DNA from: Candidatus Kapaibacterium sp.
GTDB taxonomy: Bacteria > Bacteroidota > Ignavibacteria > Kapaibacteriales > UBA2268
NCBI GenBank assembly: GCA_963665665.1
Contig: OY762428.1
Span: forward strand, 4,192,001-4,256,000
Length of the DNA: 64,000 nucleotides
Reading direction: 5' to 3'
Positions 9,429 to 17,903 of the stretch are shown here, one piece after another. Within the stretch, counting starts at the first letter, position 1; every line of letters starts with the position of its first letter. The notes beneath the pieces are model-generated. The model was not told the DNA's origin, searched no databases, and saw only the letters and a list, made by a program, of their open reading frames with translations. Position numbers and translations under genes: made by a program.

Positions 9429-11066
9429 ATGAATTTGCACGAGCTATTGTCGAAAGCATTAGTAGTAATTCTTTTCTTTTCAATTACTTTGATCTCTAAC
9501 GCACAGGAAGAGGAACTGCCTGATCCTGAAGCGGAAGAACTGCTTGAAGAACCGGTTGTTGAAAAATCCGTTCCCGAAAAAAAGGAAACAAAAATTGAAA
9601 AAAAAGTAATTAAGCCCACACCACAAAAAAAAGTTATTCAAAAAGAAGATAAAGAAAAGAAAACTACTCCAAAACCAAAAGTAAAAACAAAAGCCAAAAC
9701 GGGTAATCAAAAGTCAAAGAAATCCCCAATTAAGAATCGAACTCCTTCGGTTACGGATATTAACGAAGAAGAAGACTCAATGAGCGGAACAATCGAGTGG
9801 CAGGTTGTTCTAAAAGATGACAACGGAAATATTGAATTGCCCAAGCGTTACAGAACATGGTGGTACGTTCGCTTAGACGGAGTAAACCCCAACAACGAGT
9901 CAAGGCTTCATATTATTGGCGACGGATTCCAGGGAGGATCAGTTGTCCTGCCTGTCTATTCCTATGATAAACAGAACTGGACCAGGCTAAGGCCCGAGAA
10001 TATCATCAGGGGGGAAGAAAAAGAGAATGATTTTAATTATACCGTAGTTAAAAGATTCGGGAAATCCCCGGTTTATGTGGCGAGATATTATCCATATCCC
10101 TACGCCAGGGTAAAAAAGCTGGTCAATAAATATAAATCAAATAAATATTTCAAATCAGAAATTCTCGGGAAAACTGCACATGGCAGGGATATGTATTTCT
10201 TCACTATAACTGATCCGTCAATACCTGATAAAGATAAAAAGAGGATATGGATACATTCACGTACCCATCCTTCTGAAACAGGCGCTTCTTTTGCAGTTGA
10301 AGGAATGCTGGAATATCTGCTTGGAAAATGCAATGAAAATTGCCGGGAAGCAGACTTAACAAAGTTAATTTTCAATATTGTGCCAATGGTTAATATCGAC
10401 GGCGTTGTGGAAGGCCGTGCCCGTGTAACACCCGATTCGAGCTATGACCTGGAAAGAATGTGGATCATCAACCCAAAAAATTACAGGTTACTTACGGATA
10501 GCGTCCCTCCTGAAGTGAAACTGATGCATACAAAAATTCTTGAACTTGATAAAAGCGGGCCTGAATTTATCGCAGCAATTAATATTCATACGAAAAATGC
10601 CTATCCTGAGTGGAAGCCATTTATTTACAGTAATTTCAAACCCGAGAACAAAGATTTTGGAAGTGAAGCGGATACATTATTCCGCCGTCAGCTTGGCTTT
10701 ATGAAGCTCCTGAGTGAGGAGTACTGCTGCGCCGATACACTTACTGTTCAGCAAAGTTTCGAGAGTAATATTCCCATGGAAAAGAAGAAATATCCCGAAG
10801 CATGGTGGTGGCTGAATTACAAGGATAAAGTTATGGCAGCCACACTGGAATTAACTTCCGGTTACGACGGCGGATTCGAAGAATGGTCAACTTACAGGGA
10901 CAATATGATGCTTGGCGAAGCACTCTGCAAAGCCCTTTATAAATATTACAGGCTGCATATTTCAGGTGAATATTTCAGGTACGAAGCACCGGAACAGGAT
11001 ATCGAAAAACTAATAAAATATTATCGCGGGCCGTATAAATTGAAAAAGAAGAAGCAGGGTAAGTAA
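9429..11066 (+). CDS. M14 family zinc carboxypeptidase with Lys/Glu-rich N-terminal extension
   Basis: SRTHPSE (HxxE), IVPMVNIDGV, DLER and INIH motifs; signal peptide. Confidence 0.8.
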   Translation: MNLHELLSKALVVILFFSITLISNAQEEELPDPEAEELLEEPVVEKSVPEKKETKIEKKVIKPTPQKKVIQKEDKEKKTTPKPKVKTKAKTGNQKSKKSPIKNRTPSVTDINEEEDSMSGTIEWQVVLKDDNGNIELPKRYRTWWYVRLDGVNPNNESRLHIIGDGFQGGSVVLPVYSYDKQNWTRLRPENIIRGEEKENDFNYTVVKRFGKSPVYVARYYPYPYARVKKLVNKYKSNKYFKSEILGKTAHGRDMYFFTITDPSIPDKDKKRIWIHSRTHPSETGASFAVEGMLEYLLGKCNENCREADLTKLIFNIVPMVNIDGVVEGRARVTPDSSYDLERMWIINPKNYRLLTDSVPPEVKLMHTKILELDKSGPEFIAAINIHTKNAYPEWKPFIYSNFKPENKDFGSEADTLFRRQLGFMKLLSEEYCCADTLTVQQSFESNIPMEKKKYPEAWWWLNYKDKVMAATLELTSGYDGGFEEWSTYRDNMMLGEALCKALYKYYRLHISGEYFRYEAPEQDIEKLIKYYRGPYKLKKKKQGK

Positions 11067-11178
11067 ATCGGAATATTATAAAAAATATATTCATAAATCC
11101 GGAATCCACAAAAATTAATTTTCGCAATGTTTGTTGTCATAGAATTGTAATAATATCAAAGGTTTAGGTACTTTTTAG

Positions 11179-11213
11179 TCATCCTTCCGAAGGTTTATCC
11201 TGCGGAAGGATGA
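11179..11213. terminator. Inverted repeat / bidirectional terminator between convergent genes
   Basis: TCATCCTTCCG-N13-CGGAAGGATGA, perfect 11-bp stem. Confidence 0.7.
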
Positions 11214-11231
11214 AAAATATTTAAGTATTTA

Positions 11232-12101
11232 TTATTTCATAACATTCAGAAGATCCTTGGACTGTTCCAGAAGTTCTTCGATATCAGAGATCACGAAATC
11301 AATACCGTTGGAGGAAAGTTCGGGGAAACGTTCCGACAGGTACTGCCAAACTTTGCTCTCTTCAATGCTTTCATAGTTCAATCCCTTATAAAAATCTGCA
11401 CCGTGCATTTCACAGATTATTCCTGCCAGGTTCACAATCGCCCCAAGATCTTTATGGTCGCCAAGTTTGTCGGGGTTGTTGTAATAGCTAATTAGTGCGG
11501 CAAGGTCATCAGGAAGTTTCCAGCTTTTGGCAATTTCTTTGCTTACTTCAAGGTGAGTAAGGCCAAATACACTGATTTCGGCTTCAATATCACTTTTTCC
11601 GTTTTCACTTACTTCATCAATTACCTGCAAATAATCTTTTAATTTATACTGGATCATAGCCAATTTACCCATCTGGTAAAGCAATCCCCCAATAAATTCA
11701 GACTCGCTGAAGTTTATTTTCAATTTTTGGGTAATGGATTTTGCAACTATACCGGTACTTGCGGAATGATTCCAGAATTTGTTCATGATTACGGCAGCTT
11801 CTTTTTGTGTGCTAAGCCAGAATTTCGAGAAAATTGATATTCCAAGGACAATATTGGTTAATTTACTAAAGCCAATCATCATTATGGCCTGCTGTATCGA
11901 GGTTATTTCCCTACGGGTGCCGTATAAAGGAGAATTGGCAATCTTAAGTAATTTTAATGTCAGGGATGGGTCTGTTTCAACAATTTTCAGCAGGTCGTGC
12001 ATATTCACATCTTCATTTTCGAGCAGGCTGAGTATTTTAGTTGCAACTGCCGGAAGTGTGGCAAATTCTCTGGTATTAACTATATCATTAACATTGGCCA
12101 T
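11232..12101 (-). CDS. HDOD domain signal-transduction protein
   Basis: TLPAVA, TDPSLTLKLLKIANSPLYG, ITSIQQAI..IG, FWNHS, WKLP motifs. The HD pair appears as YQ (GLLYQMGK). Alternative TTG start at 12116. Confidence 0.9.
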   Translation of the reverse strand: MANVNDIVNTREFATLPAVATKILSLLENEDVNMHDLLKIVETDPSLTLKLLKIANSPLYGTRREITSIQQAIMMIGFSKLTNIVLGISIFSKFWLSTQKEAAVIMNKFWNHSASTGIVAKSITQKLKINFSESEFIGGLLYQMGKLAMIQYKLKDYLQVIDEVSENGKSDIEAEISVFGLTHLEVSKEIAKSWKLPDDLAALISYYNNPDKLGDHKDLGAIVNLAGIICEMHGADFYKGLNYESIEESKVWQYLSERFPELSSNGIDFVISDIEELLEQSKDLLNVMK

Positions 12102-12194
12102 GTCATTAGCATCCAATTTTTAAAAAACTTCATTTGAAAATTTACTTAAACCGGAATTAATATGAAAAAAAATATTGAGATACGCAAAAAGTAA

Positions 12195-12416
12195 TTAAAA
12201 TAATATTAATTTTTTCGTGATTCTATCACCGTCAATGTTGATTACGATGAAATAAACCCCTTTTGGCTGTTCAATTGGCAGTAATGAATTATTTTCATAA
12301 CCGTAAGTAGAATAAACAAGCTGCCCTGTAATATTGTAAACGGCAATTGATTTTACGAAACAATCAGACTTAATGATTATTTTACCGCCGGAAATAACAA
12401 TATCTATTTTCTTATC
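12195..12416 (-). CDS. T9SS C-terminal sorting domain encoded in the -1 frame of the upstream gene, no start codon of its own
   Basis: 73 open codons: DKKIDIVISGGKIIIKSDCFVKSIAVYNITGQLVYSTYGYENNSLLPIEQPKGVYFIVINIDGDRITKKLILF-stop (YNxxGQ, PxGVY, terminal KKLIL). Confidence 0.85.
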   Translation of the reverse strand, partial: DKKIDIVISGGKIIIKSDCFVKSIAVYNITGQLVYSTYGYENNSLLPIEQPKGVYFIVINIDGDRITKKLILF

Positions 12417-13336
12417 TTTTTTTTTACCGATGTTGTTATCCGGGGGTAGTAGTAGAGATGCGGCTTAATGCCAAAGTTTGATTCGCTCAGGGTGTAATAA
12501 CCGCCATTTTTAACATCCCAGCAAACTGCCTCGCCCTGGGGTTCGGGAATGTAGGGCAAAATGGCAGGATCACTAATGAATGCTTCTGCAAGCGGTTCGC
12601 CGGTTTTGCGGGAATAATAATAAATCTGGGCATAATCCTTCAGAATTATTTCGAGTCCGTCGGGGCTGATATCACCTCCCACTACTCCGGAACCTTCGAA
12701 TCCCATGTTGCCAATAGTTAATGTTGCAATATGCAGCAGTTCGTTTTTCTTATCGGTATTTTGCGGGTATTCAGCCACGTAAACCCTAACATTTTCCTCC
12801 CTTTTTGTTACAATGTATATATCTTTTGTCAGAGGGTCTATCATCAGAGTTTCCGCATCGCGGCTGCCGTCGGGATAATCAAGTTTTATTTCATCAATGT
12901 CTTTTAATTTTTTATCAAGCGGTACTTTGTCAAAATCAATGTCTGGTTCTTCAATCCGGTAAACATATATTTTGCCCCTTTTTGCATCATTATCGCCTAT
13001 ATCACCAACATAGATATAAGATTTACCGTCTTCAGGACCCGGGCCAACACAAATATCTTCAAGGTCATCTACATTGATTCCGTCAAGTTCAAATTCACCA
13101 ACAAGGTTTCCGTTGCGGTCAATTGCAAATATTCTGTCCTTATCACCCGAATCATTGTGAGTCCAGAAAATCCCGGGGTACTTTCTGCTTGCAGCCAGGC
13201 CGGAGGCTTCGTCAATTTTACCGGAAGCAAGTAATCCCAGGTCCTGCCTTTGGCCGAATTGGGGAACTTTATCTGATGATTCCGAGATAGATAATATTCC
13301 AAAGAAAATCGTCAATATTGCAAGTATTCTGTTCAT
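12404..13336 (-). CDS. Secreted beta-propeller-like protein (EASGL / WTHNDSGD family); joins the T9SS CTD if frameshifted (about 380 aa)
   Basis: Signal peptide; DEASGLAAS, WTHNDSGD, DLEDI, YVGDIGDN, DAETL, PQGEAV. Ends TTSVKKK at an A9 run. Confidence 0.8.
   Translation of the reverse strand: MNRILAILTIFFGILSISESSDKVPQFGQRQDLGLLASGKIDEASGLAASRKYPGIFWTHNDSGDKDRIFAIDRNGNLVGEFELDGINVDDLEDICVGPGPEDGKSYIYVGDIGDNDAKRGKIYVYRIEEPDIDFDKVPLDKKLKDIDEIKLDYPDGSRDAETLMIDPLTKDIYIVTKREENVRVYVAEYPQNTDKKNELLHIATLTIGNMGFEGSGVVGGDISPDGLEIILKDYAQIYYYSRKTGEPLAEAFISDPAILPYIPEPQGEAVCWDVKNGGYYTLSESNFGIKPHLYYYPRITTSVKKKIRK
12416..12425 (-). other. Slippery site A9G containing an in-frame A-AAA-AAG heptamer
   Basis: Minus strand reads GTA AAA AAA AAG ATA AGA AAA TAG; a -1 shift enters the CTD frame. 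Confidence 0.7.
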
Positions 13337-13459
13337 ATCAATTTCAATTTCTCAAACAAACACAACACAAAATAATGAAAACAATTCGAAATATTAATTA
13401 ATTTTTGATATTTTTGATGTCATTATGTGTGTTAATTTTATTGTTAGTTGGAGTTATTG

Positions 13460-14899
13460 ATGACTGGCAAAATTTATTTTTTCATTGTTTTATTGTTACT
13501 ATCGACAGAAATATTAGCAAACGAGCATCCCTTTTCAATCAGAACCGGAAATATTATTGATTCAACCGAGGCGAAATATTTCTCCTTATTCCGTGATTAT
13601 AAAGGATTTGTAAAAGCAGAAATTATTGCTGATAGCGATGGCAGCAGGAAAATAAATATCGTTTATGAGCATGGTGAAGCAGATAAGACTATCGATCTTA
13701 CACCGGATCAATCAAAGAACCTGAGGCTTTATATCGAAAATTACGAGCTTTACCTGCATGAAGATATCGTTTTTGATAACTCGAAAATTCCGGATGCAAT
13801 ACAATTAGATCAGTCAAAGATCAGGGATTTTATCAACCTGGATTATTTTTTCAGGGATATGCCACCTGTAGAAATTGAATTAATTGACGGTGAAATGATA
13901 GATGATTGCGGATTGGTTGCTATTGTCGGGGATACACTAATACTGGCGAAAGAGAGGAACAGGTACAATTGGAGAGATGTTGAAAATTTCATTCCGATTC
14001 CATTTAATTATGTATTTGAATGTATGGTCGACGGCGTCGTTTACGAACTTCATGCCGAACCCGTGGACAGGAATGAACTTATCGATCATTACTCCGGGCT
14101 TCCCTTTTATGACCATCCGAAAAATGACTTCTCAATACCACCGGAAGTAAAAAACAAAAAGGGTTTGATCATGGCAAATGAGAAAACTCAGGTGATATTT
14201 GAAAGAGATAAATTATTTCCGATCCTTTGGAGGAAAAAGGATCTTTCAGATATTTTTTTTCTCAGTTGCTCATTTCAAATAATTACAAAAGAAGTAGTTT
14301 CGGAGAGTAGATTTGAAGTGGAAGATCAAATTCATGTTAAAAGAATATATCATGTCAGGGAACAAAAGAATAATAAAAATTTACAATCTGCTTTAAATTT
14401 AAATCTCGGATATTTTTTTAATAATCATATATTTCTTTATAGCGGATTAAAATTATTAGTATGTAGCAGCAAAGATGAAGAAGAAACATTCCGTGATAAA
14501 GGATTTTCATTAGCAGTTGGTATCGGATGGCATGATTTGCCGATTATTGACAGAATATATCCTGATCTGAGTTTTGGGATTATTCTTGAATGTGATTACA
14601 ACTTTTACAATTTTTACCACCAATTGTCAAGTCAGGGTGAAAAAACCTGGATACCAGAGCTTGTTTTGATTAAAGAAAAAAATTATCATTATAGCTTTTC
14701 TTTCAAACCTTATAGTAAATATAATTTTTTCGACAATATATCAGTGACTGCCACTTTTGTTTATGAATATCATCCTGTCAGTAATTATAGCACAAGTCAG
14801 TATATTTCCGATAGCCTTTGGCCCTCCTACTGGGAAATGATAAAAGATCAGAAATATTCCGGAATTGGCTTCAGTATTGGGATAGAATATATACTATAA
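13460..14899 (+). CDS. Outer-membrane protein, tandem paralog 1
   Basis: Signal peptide, conserved N-domain (IDSTEAKYFSLF), C-terminal beta-barrel ending GFSIGIEYIL. Confidence 0.75.
   Translation: MTGKIYFFIVLLLLSTEILANEHPFSIRTGNIIDSTEAKYFSLFRDYKGFVKAEIIADSDGSRKINIVYEHGEADKTIDLTPDQSKNLRLYIENYELYLHEDIVFDNSKIPDAIQLDQSKIRDFINLDYFFRDMPPVEIELIDGEMIDDCGLVAIVGDTLILAKERNRYNWRDVENFIPIPFNYVFECMVDGVVYELHAEPVDRNELIDHYSGLPFYDHPKNDFSIPPEVKNKKGLIMANEKTQVIFERDKLFPILWRKKDLSDIFFLSCSFQIITKEVVSESRFEVEDQIHVKRIYHVREQKNNKNLQSALNLNLGYFFNNHIFLYSGLKLLVCSSKDEEETFRDKGFSLAVGIGWHDLPIIDRIYPDLSFGIILECDYNFYNFYHQLSSQGEKTWIPELVLIKEKNYHYSFSFKPYSKYNFFDNISVTATFVYEYHPVSNYSTSQYISDSLWPSYWEMIKDQKYSGIGFSIGIEYIL
13556..13858 (+). repeat. 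303-bp direct repeat, copy 1 (identical to 15015-15317)
   Basis: Base-by-base comparison, constant offset 1459. Confidence 0.9.
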
Positions 14900-14915
14900 T
14901 TATCAAGAGGTTAAA

Positions 14916-16364
14916 ATGAGATACACTAAATTATTCGTTTCTATACTAATTATTCTTTTCTTTACTTGTTTTGAATTATTATCAATTGAATTTTCGCAAC
15001 GCACTGGCAACACAATTGATTCAACCGAGGCGAAATATTTCTCCTTATTCCGTGATTATAAAGGATTTGTAAAAGCAGAAATTATTGCTGATAGCGATGG
15101 CAGCAGGAAAATAAATATCGTTTATGAGCATGGTGAAGCAGATAAGACTATCGATCTTACACCGGATCAATCAAAGAACCTGAGGCTTTATATCGAAAAT
15201 TACGAGCTTTACCTGCATGAAGATATCGTTTTTGATAACTCGAAAATTCCGGATGCAATACAATTAGATCAGTCAAAGATCAGGGATTTTATCAACCTGG
15301 ATTATTTTTTCAGGGATCTGCCTGTTATTGAAATTCAACTTATCGACGGTGAAAGTATCGATGATGTTCGATTGGTAGCTGTTTTTAACGAAACACTGAT
15401 ATTAGCTCCGGATAGAGAAAAATATAACTGGCGGGATGTTTCAATATATATTCCTGTTTCATTCAAATATGTATTTGAATGTATGGTCGACGGCTCCGTT
15501 TATGAGCTTTATGCCGAACCCGGGGACAGGAATGAACTTATCGATCATTACTCCGGGCTTCCCTTTTATGACCATCCGAAACATCATATTTCAGTAACTC
15601 CTGATATTACTGTAAACATGAGTACTATTCGAAAAAATGAGGTTAAAGATATTGAATACATGCCTTACAAGGTTGTATCATATAGTAAACCATGGAAAAA
15701 AAGAGAATTAAATGGGATGTTCTTTATTGATTGTTCGTATCAGAAAGTTGCCAAGCAGGTAACTAAGGAACAAAAGTATGATATTGATGATATATTTTTC
15801 GAGGAGAGAGTTTATCATATTAAAGAACTAAAGGATAATAAAAGTAACCAGACTGCTGTAAACCTGGATTTCGGTTATTACCTGACCAATAATATTATTT
15901 TATACACGGGATTAAAATACCTCGCGGCAACTTCTGTTGATGATGAAGAGACATTCGAAGATAAAGGCTGGGCTTTAACACTGGGAACAGGCTGGGACGA
16001 TATTCCTTTCCTTGCTGAACTACAGCGTGATTTATATTTTGGTGTGAAACTAGAGGTTAATTATAATTTCAATACATTTCACCATCAGTTATCCAGCCAG
16101 GGAAAAACAACATGGATACCGGAAATTGTTGAGATCGAAGACGAAAATAATCATATCAGTTATAGTGTAAAGCCTTATGTCAAATATTGTTTTTACGATG
16201 ATTTCTCAGTTTTTGCTGAATACGTATATGAATATCATCCAAACAGTGCTTATAAAACCCGTGACTATATTGCAGATAATCATTGGCCTTCGTATTGGGA
16301 AATGGTTAACGGGCAGAAATATTCAGGAACGGGATTTAGTTTTGGAATATTATATTTATTGTAA
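14916..16364 (+). CDS. Outer-membrane protein, tandem paralog 2
   Basis: Same architecture as paralog 1; GAGG RBS. Confidence 0.75.
   Translation: MRYTKLFVSILIILFFTCFELLSIEFSQRTGNTIDSTEAKYFSLFRDYKGFVKAEIIADSDGSRKINIVYEHGEADKTIDLTPDQSKNLRLYIENYELYLHEDIVFDNSKIPDAIQLDQSKIRDFINLDYFFRDLPVIEIQLIDGESIDDVRLVAVFNETLILAPDREKYNWRDVSIYIPVSFKYVFECMVDGSVYELYAEPGDRNELIDHYSGLPFYDHPKHHISVTPDITVNMSTIRKNEVKDIEYMPYKVVSYSKPWKKRELNGMFFIDCSYQKVAKQVTKEQKYDIDDIFFEERVYHIKELKDNKSNQTAVNLDFGYYLTNNIILYTGLKYLAATSVDDEETFEDKGWALTLGTGWDDIPFLAELQRDLYFGVKLEVNYNFNTFHHQLSSQGKTTWIPEIVEIEDENNHISYSVKPYVKYCFYDDFSVFAEYVYEYHPNSAYKTRDYIADNHWPSYWEMVNGQKYSGTGFSFGILYLL
15015..15317 (+). repeat. 303-bp direct repeat, copy 2
   Basis: Identical to 13556-13858. 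Confidence 0.9.
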
Positions 16365-16381
16365 TTTTTTAAGAGGACAAG

Positions 16382-17815
16382 ATGAATTTTAAAATATCCA
16401 TATTAGTAATAGTCTCAATTTTCATTTCATCCACAGAATTATTCCCGCTTGAATTTTCGCAGCGTACCGGCAACACAATTGATTCTGCCGAGGCGAAATA
16501 TTTCTCGCTGTTCAGGGATTATAATGGATTTGTAAAAGCAGAAATAATTGGTGATAGCGATGAAAGCAGGAAAATAAACATTGTTTATGAGCAGGGAAAA
16601 ACAGACAAAACTATTGACCTTGCCCCGGATCAATCGAAAAACCTTAGGCTTTATATTGATAATTACGAGTTTTACCTGCACGAGGATATTGTTTTTGATA
16701 ACTCGAAAATTCCGGAAGCTATACAAATAGACCAGGCTAAGATAAGAGATTTTATTAACCTTGACTTTTTTTTCAGGGATCTGCCTGTTAGCCATATTCA
16801 GCTTATTAACGGAGATGAACTGGACGATTATGCTTTGGTAGCTGTAAGCAAGGATACATTATTTATTTTGCCGGACAGAAAAAAATATAACTGGAGAGAC
16901 AATTTTGAAATTATTCCGCTGCACTTTAAATATGTTAATGCATGCAATGTTGAAGATGTGGATTATCTTTTTTACTACGACAGTTCATATAAAACAAAGC
17001 TTACCACAAGATACGAAGGAGTTCCCTTTTTTGACAGAATAAGAAACGAGGTTAATATGCCTCCGGATATTAATAATAACCGCGATCGGATTATGGACAA
17101 TGAGATCAGGGATATTGAGTATGATTCAACAAATATTTCTCAGTTTCATTGGGTTAACAATAATAAAAGCGGCCATTTCTTTGTTAATGTCAATTACCAG
17201 GATGTATCTAAAAGCCCCATGAAGGAACAGAGCTTTCATATTGATGATAGTTACTATGCGAAAAGGATCTATGAACTTGAAGAAAAAAAGGATAAACCAA
17301 GTTCTCAACAGTCCTTCAACCTTAATTTCGGTTATTATTTGAATAATACTTTTATGATTTTCGCCAACTACAAAATGCTGGCCGAAAGCAAAGAAAATGA
17401 TGATATTTTTCATGATGAAGGTTCTGCAATCGGGCTTGGGGTGGGGGTGGATGTAATACCATTCCTTAGCAATAAGATCAACCGGCTGTCGATATACACG
17501 AAAATAAGCCTTGATTATAATCTGTATACCTACCATATACAGATTGTAGATGCCCCGGGTGTATGGGGCCCTGATCAGGGGGAATACAGTGTTGATAATA
17601 ATCACCTGAGTATTACTATCGAACCGCGTTTGCAGTATTTGATATATAAAACTTTCGGTATAAATCTTTCAGGAGTATTTGAATATCATCCTTCTCAAAG
17701 TTATACTACTTTAAATCATCTTGGTAATACGGAGTGGGACATAAACTGGAAGGCAAAAGACGGGCAGCAATTTATCAGTTTTGGTTTTAATATAGGGCTG
17801 ATACTACATATTTAA
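16382..17815 (+). CDS. Outer-membrane protein, tandem paralog 3
   Basis: Same architecture; N-domain similar but with many synonymous changes. Confidence 0.75.
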   Translation: MNFKISILVIVSIFISSTELFPLEFSQRTGNTIDSAEAKYFSLFRDYNGFVKAEIIGDSDESRKINIVYEQGKTDKTIDLAPDQSKNLRLYIDNYEFYLHEDIVFDNSKIPEAIQIDQAKIRDFINLDFFFRDLPVSHIQLINGDELDDYALVAVSKDTLFILPDRKKYNWRDNFEIIPLHFKYVNACNVEDVDYLFYYDSSYKTKLTTRYEGVPFFDRIRNEVNMPPDINNNRDRIMDNEIRDIEYDSTNISQFHWVNNNKSGHFFVNVNYQDVSKSPMKEQSFHIDDSYYAKRIYELEEKKDKPSSQQSFNLNFGYYLNNTFMIFANYKMLAESKENDDIFHDEGSAIGLGVGVDVIPFLSNKINRLSIYTKISLDYNLYTYHIQIVDAPGVWGPDQGEYSVDNNHLSITIEPRLQYLIYKTFGINLSGVFEYHPSQSYTTLNHLGNTEWDINWKAKDGQQFISFGFNIGLILHI

Positions 17816-17840
17816 TTTTCAAACAGGAAAAAAAATTTCA

Positions 17841-17848
17841 TAAATTTG
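17841..17848 (+). promoter_or_regulatory. Putative FCB-type -7 promoter box (TAnnTTTG)
   Basis: TAAATTTG about 55 nt upstream of the ATG. Matching boxes at 20187, 21580, 30072 and 58832 also precede genes. Confidence 0.5.
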
Positions 17849-17903
17849 CCATCTTATTCGTTACTTATGAATTATATGGCATTTTATTTTTGGAAATGAT
17901 AGT

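Noticed and set aside
11030-11066. Second frameshift at the Lys-rich end of the M14 peptidase
   Set aside because: No recognisable domain in the alternative frames downstream.
13556-15317. Diversity-generating retroelement template/variable repeat pair
   Set aside because: The repeats are identical rather than differing at adenines, lie at the 5' ends of the genes, and no reverse transcriptase is in the window.
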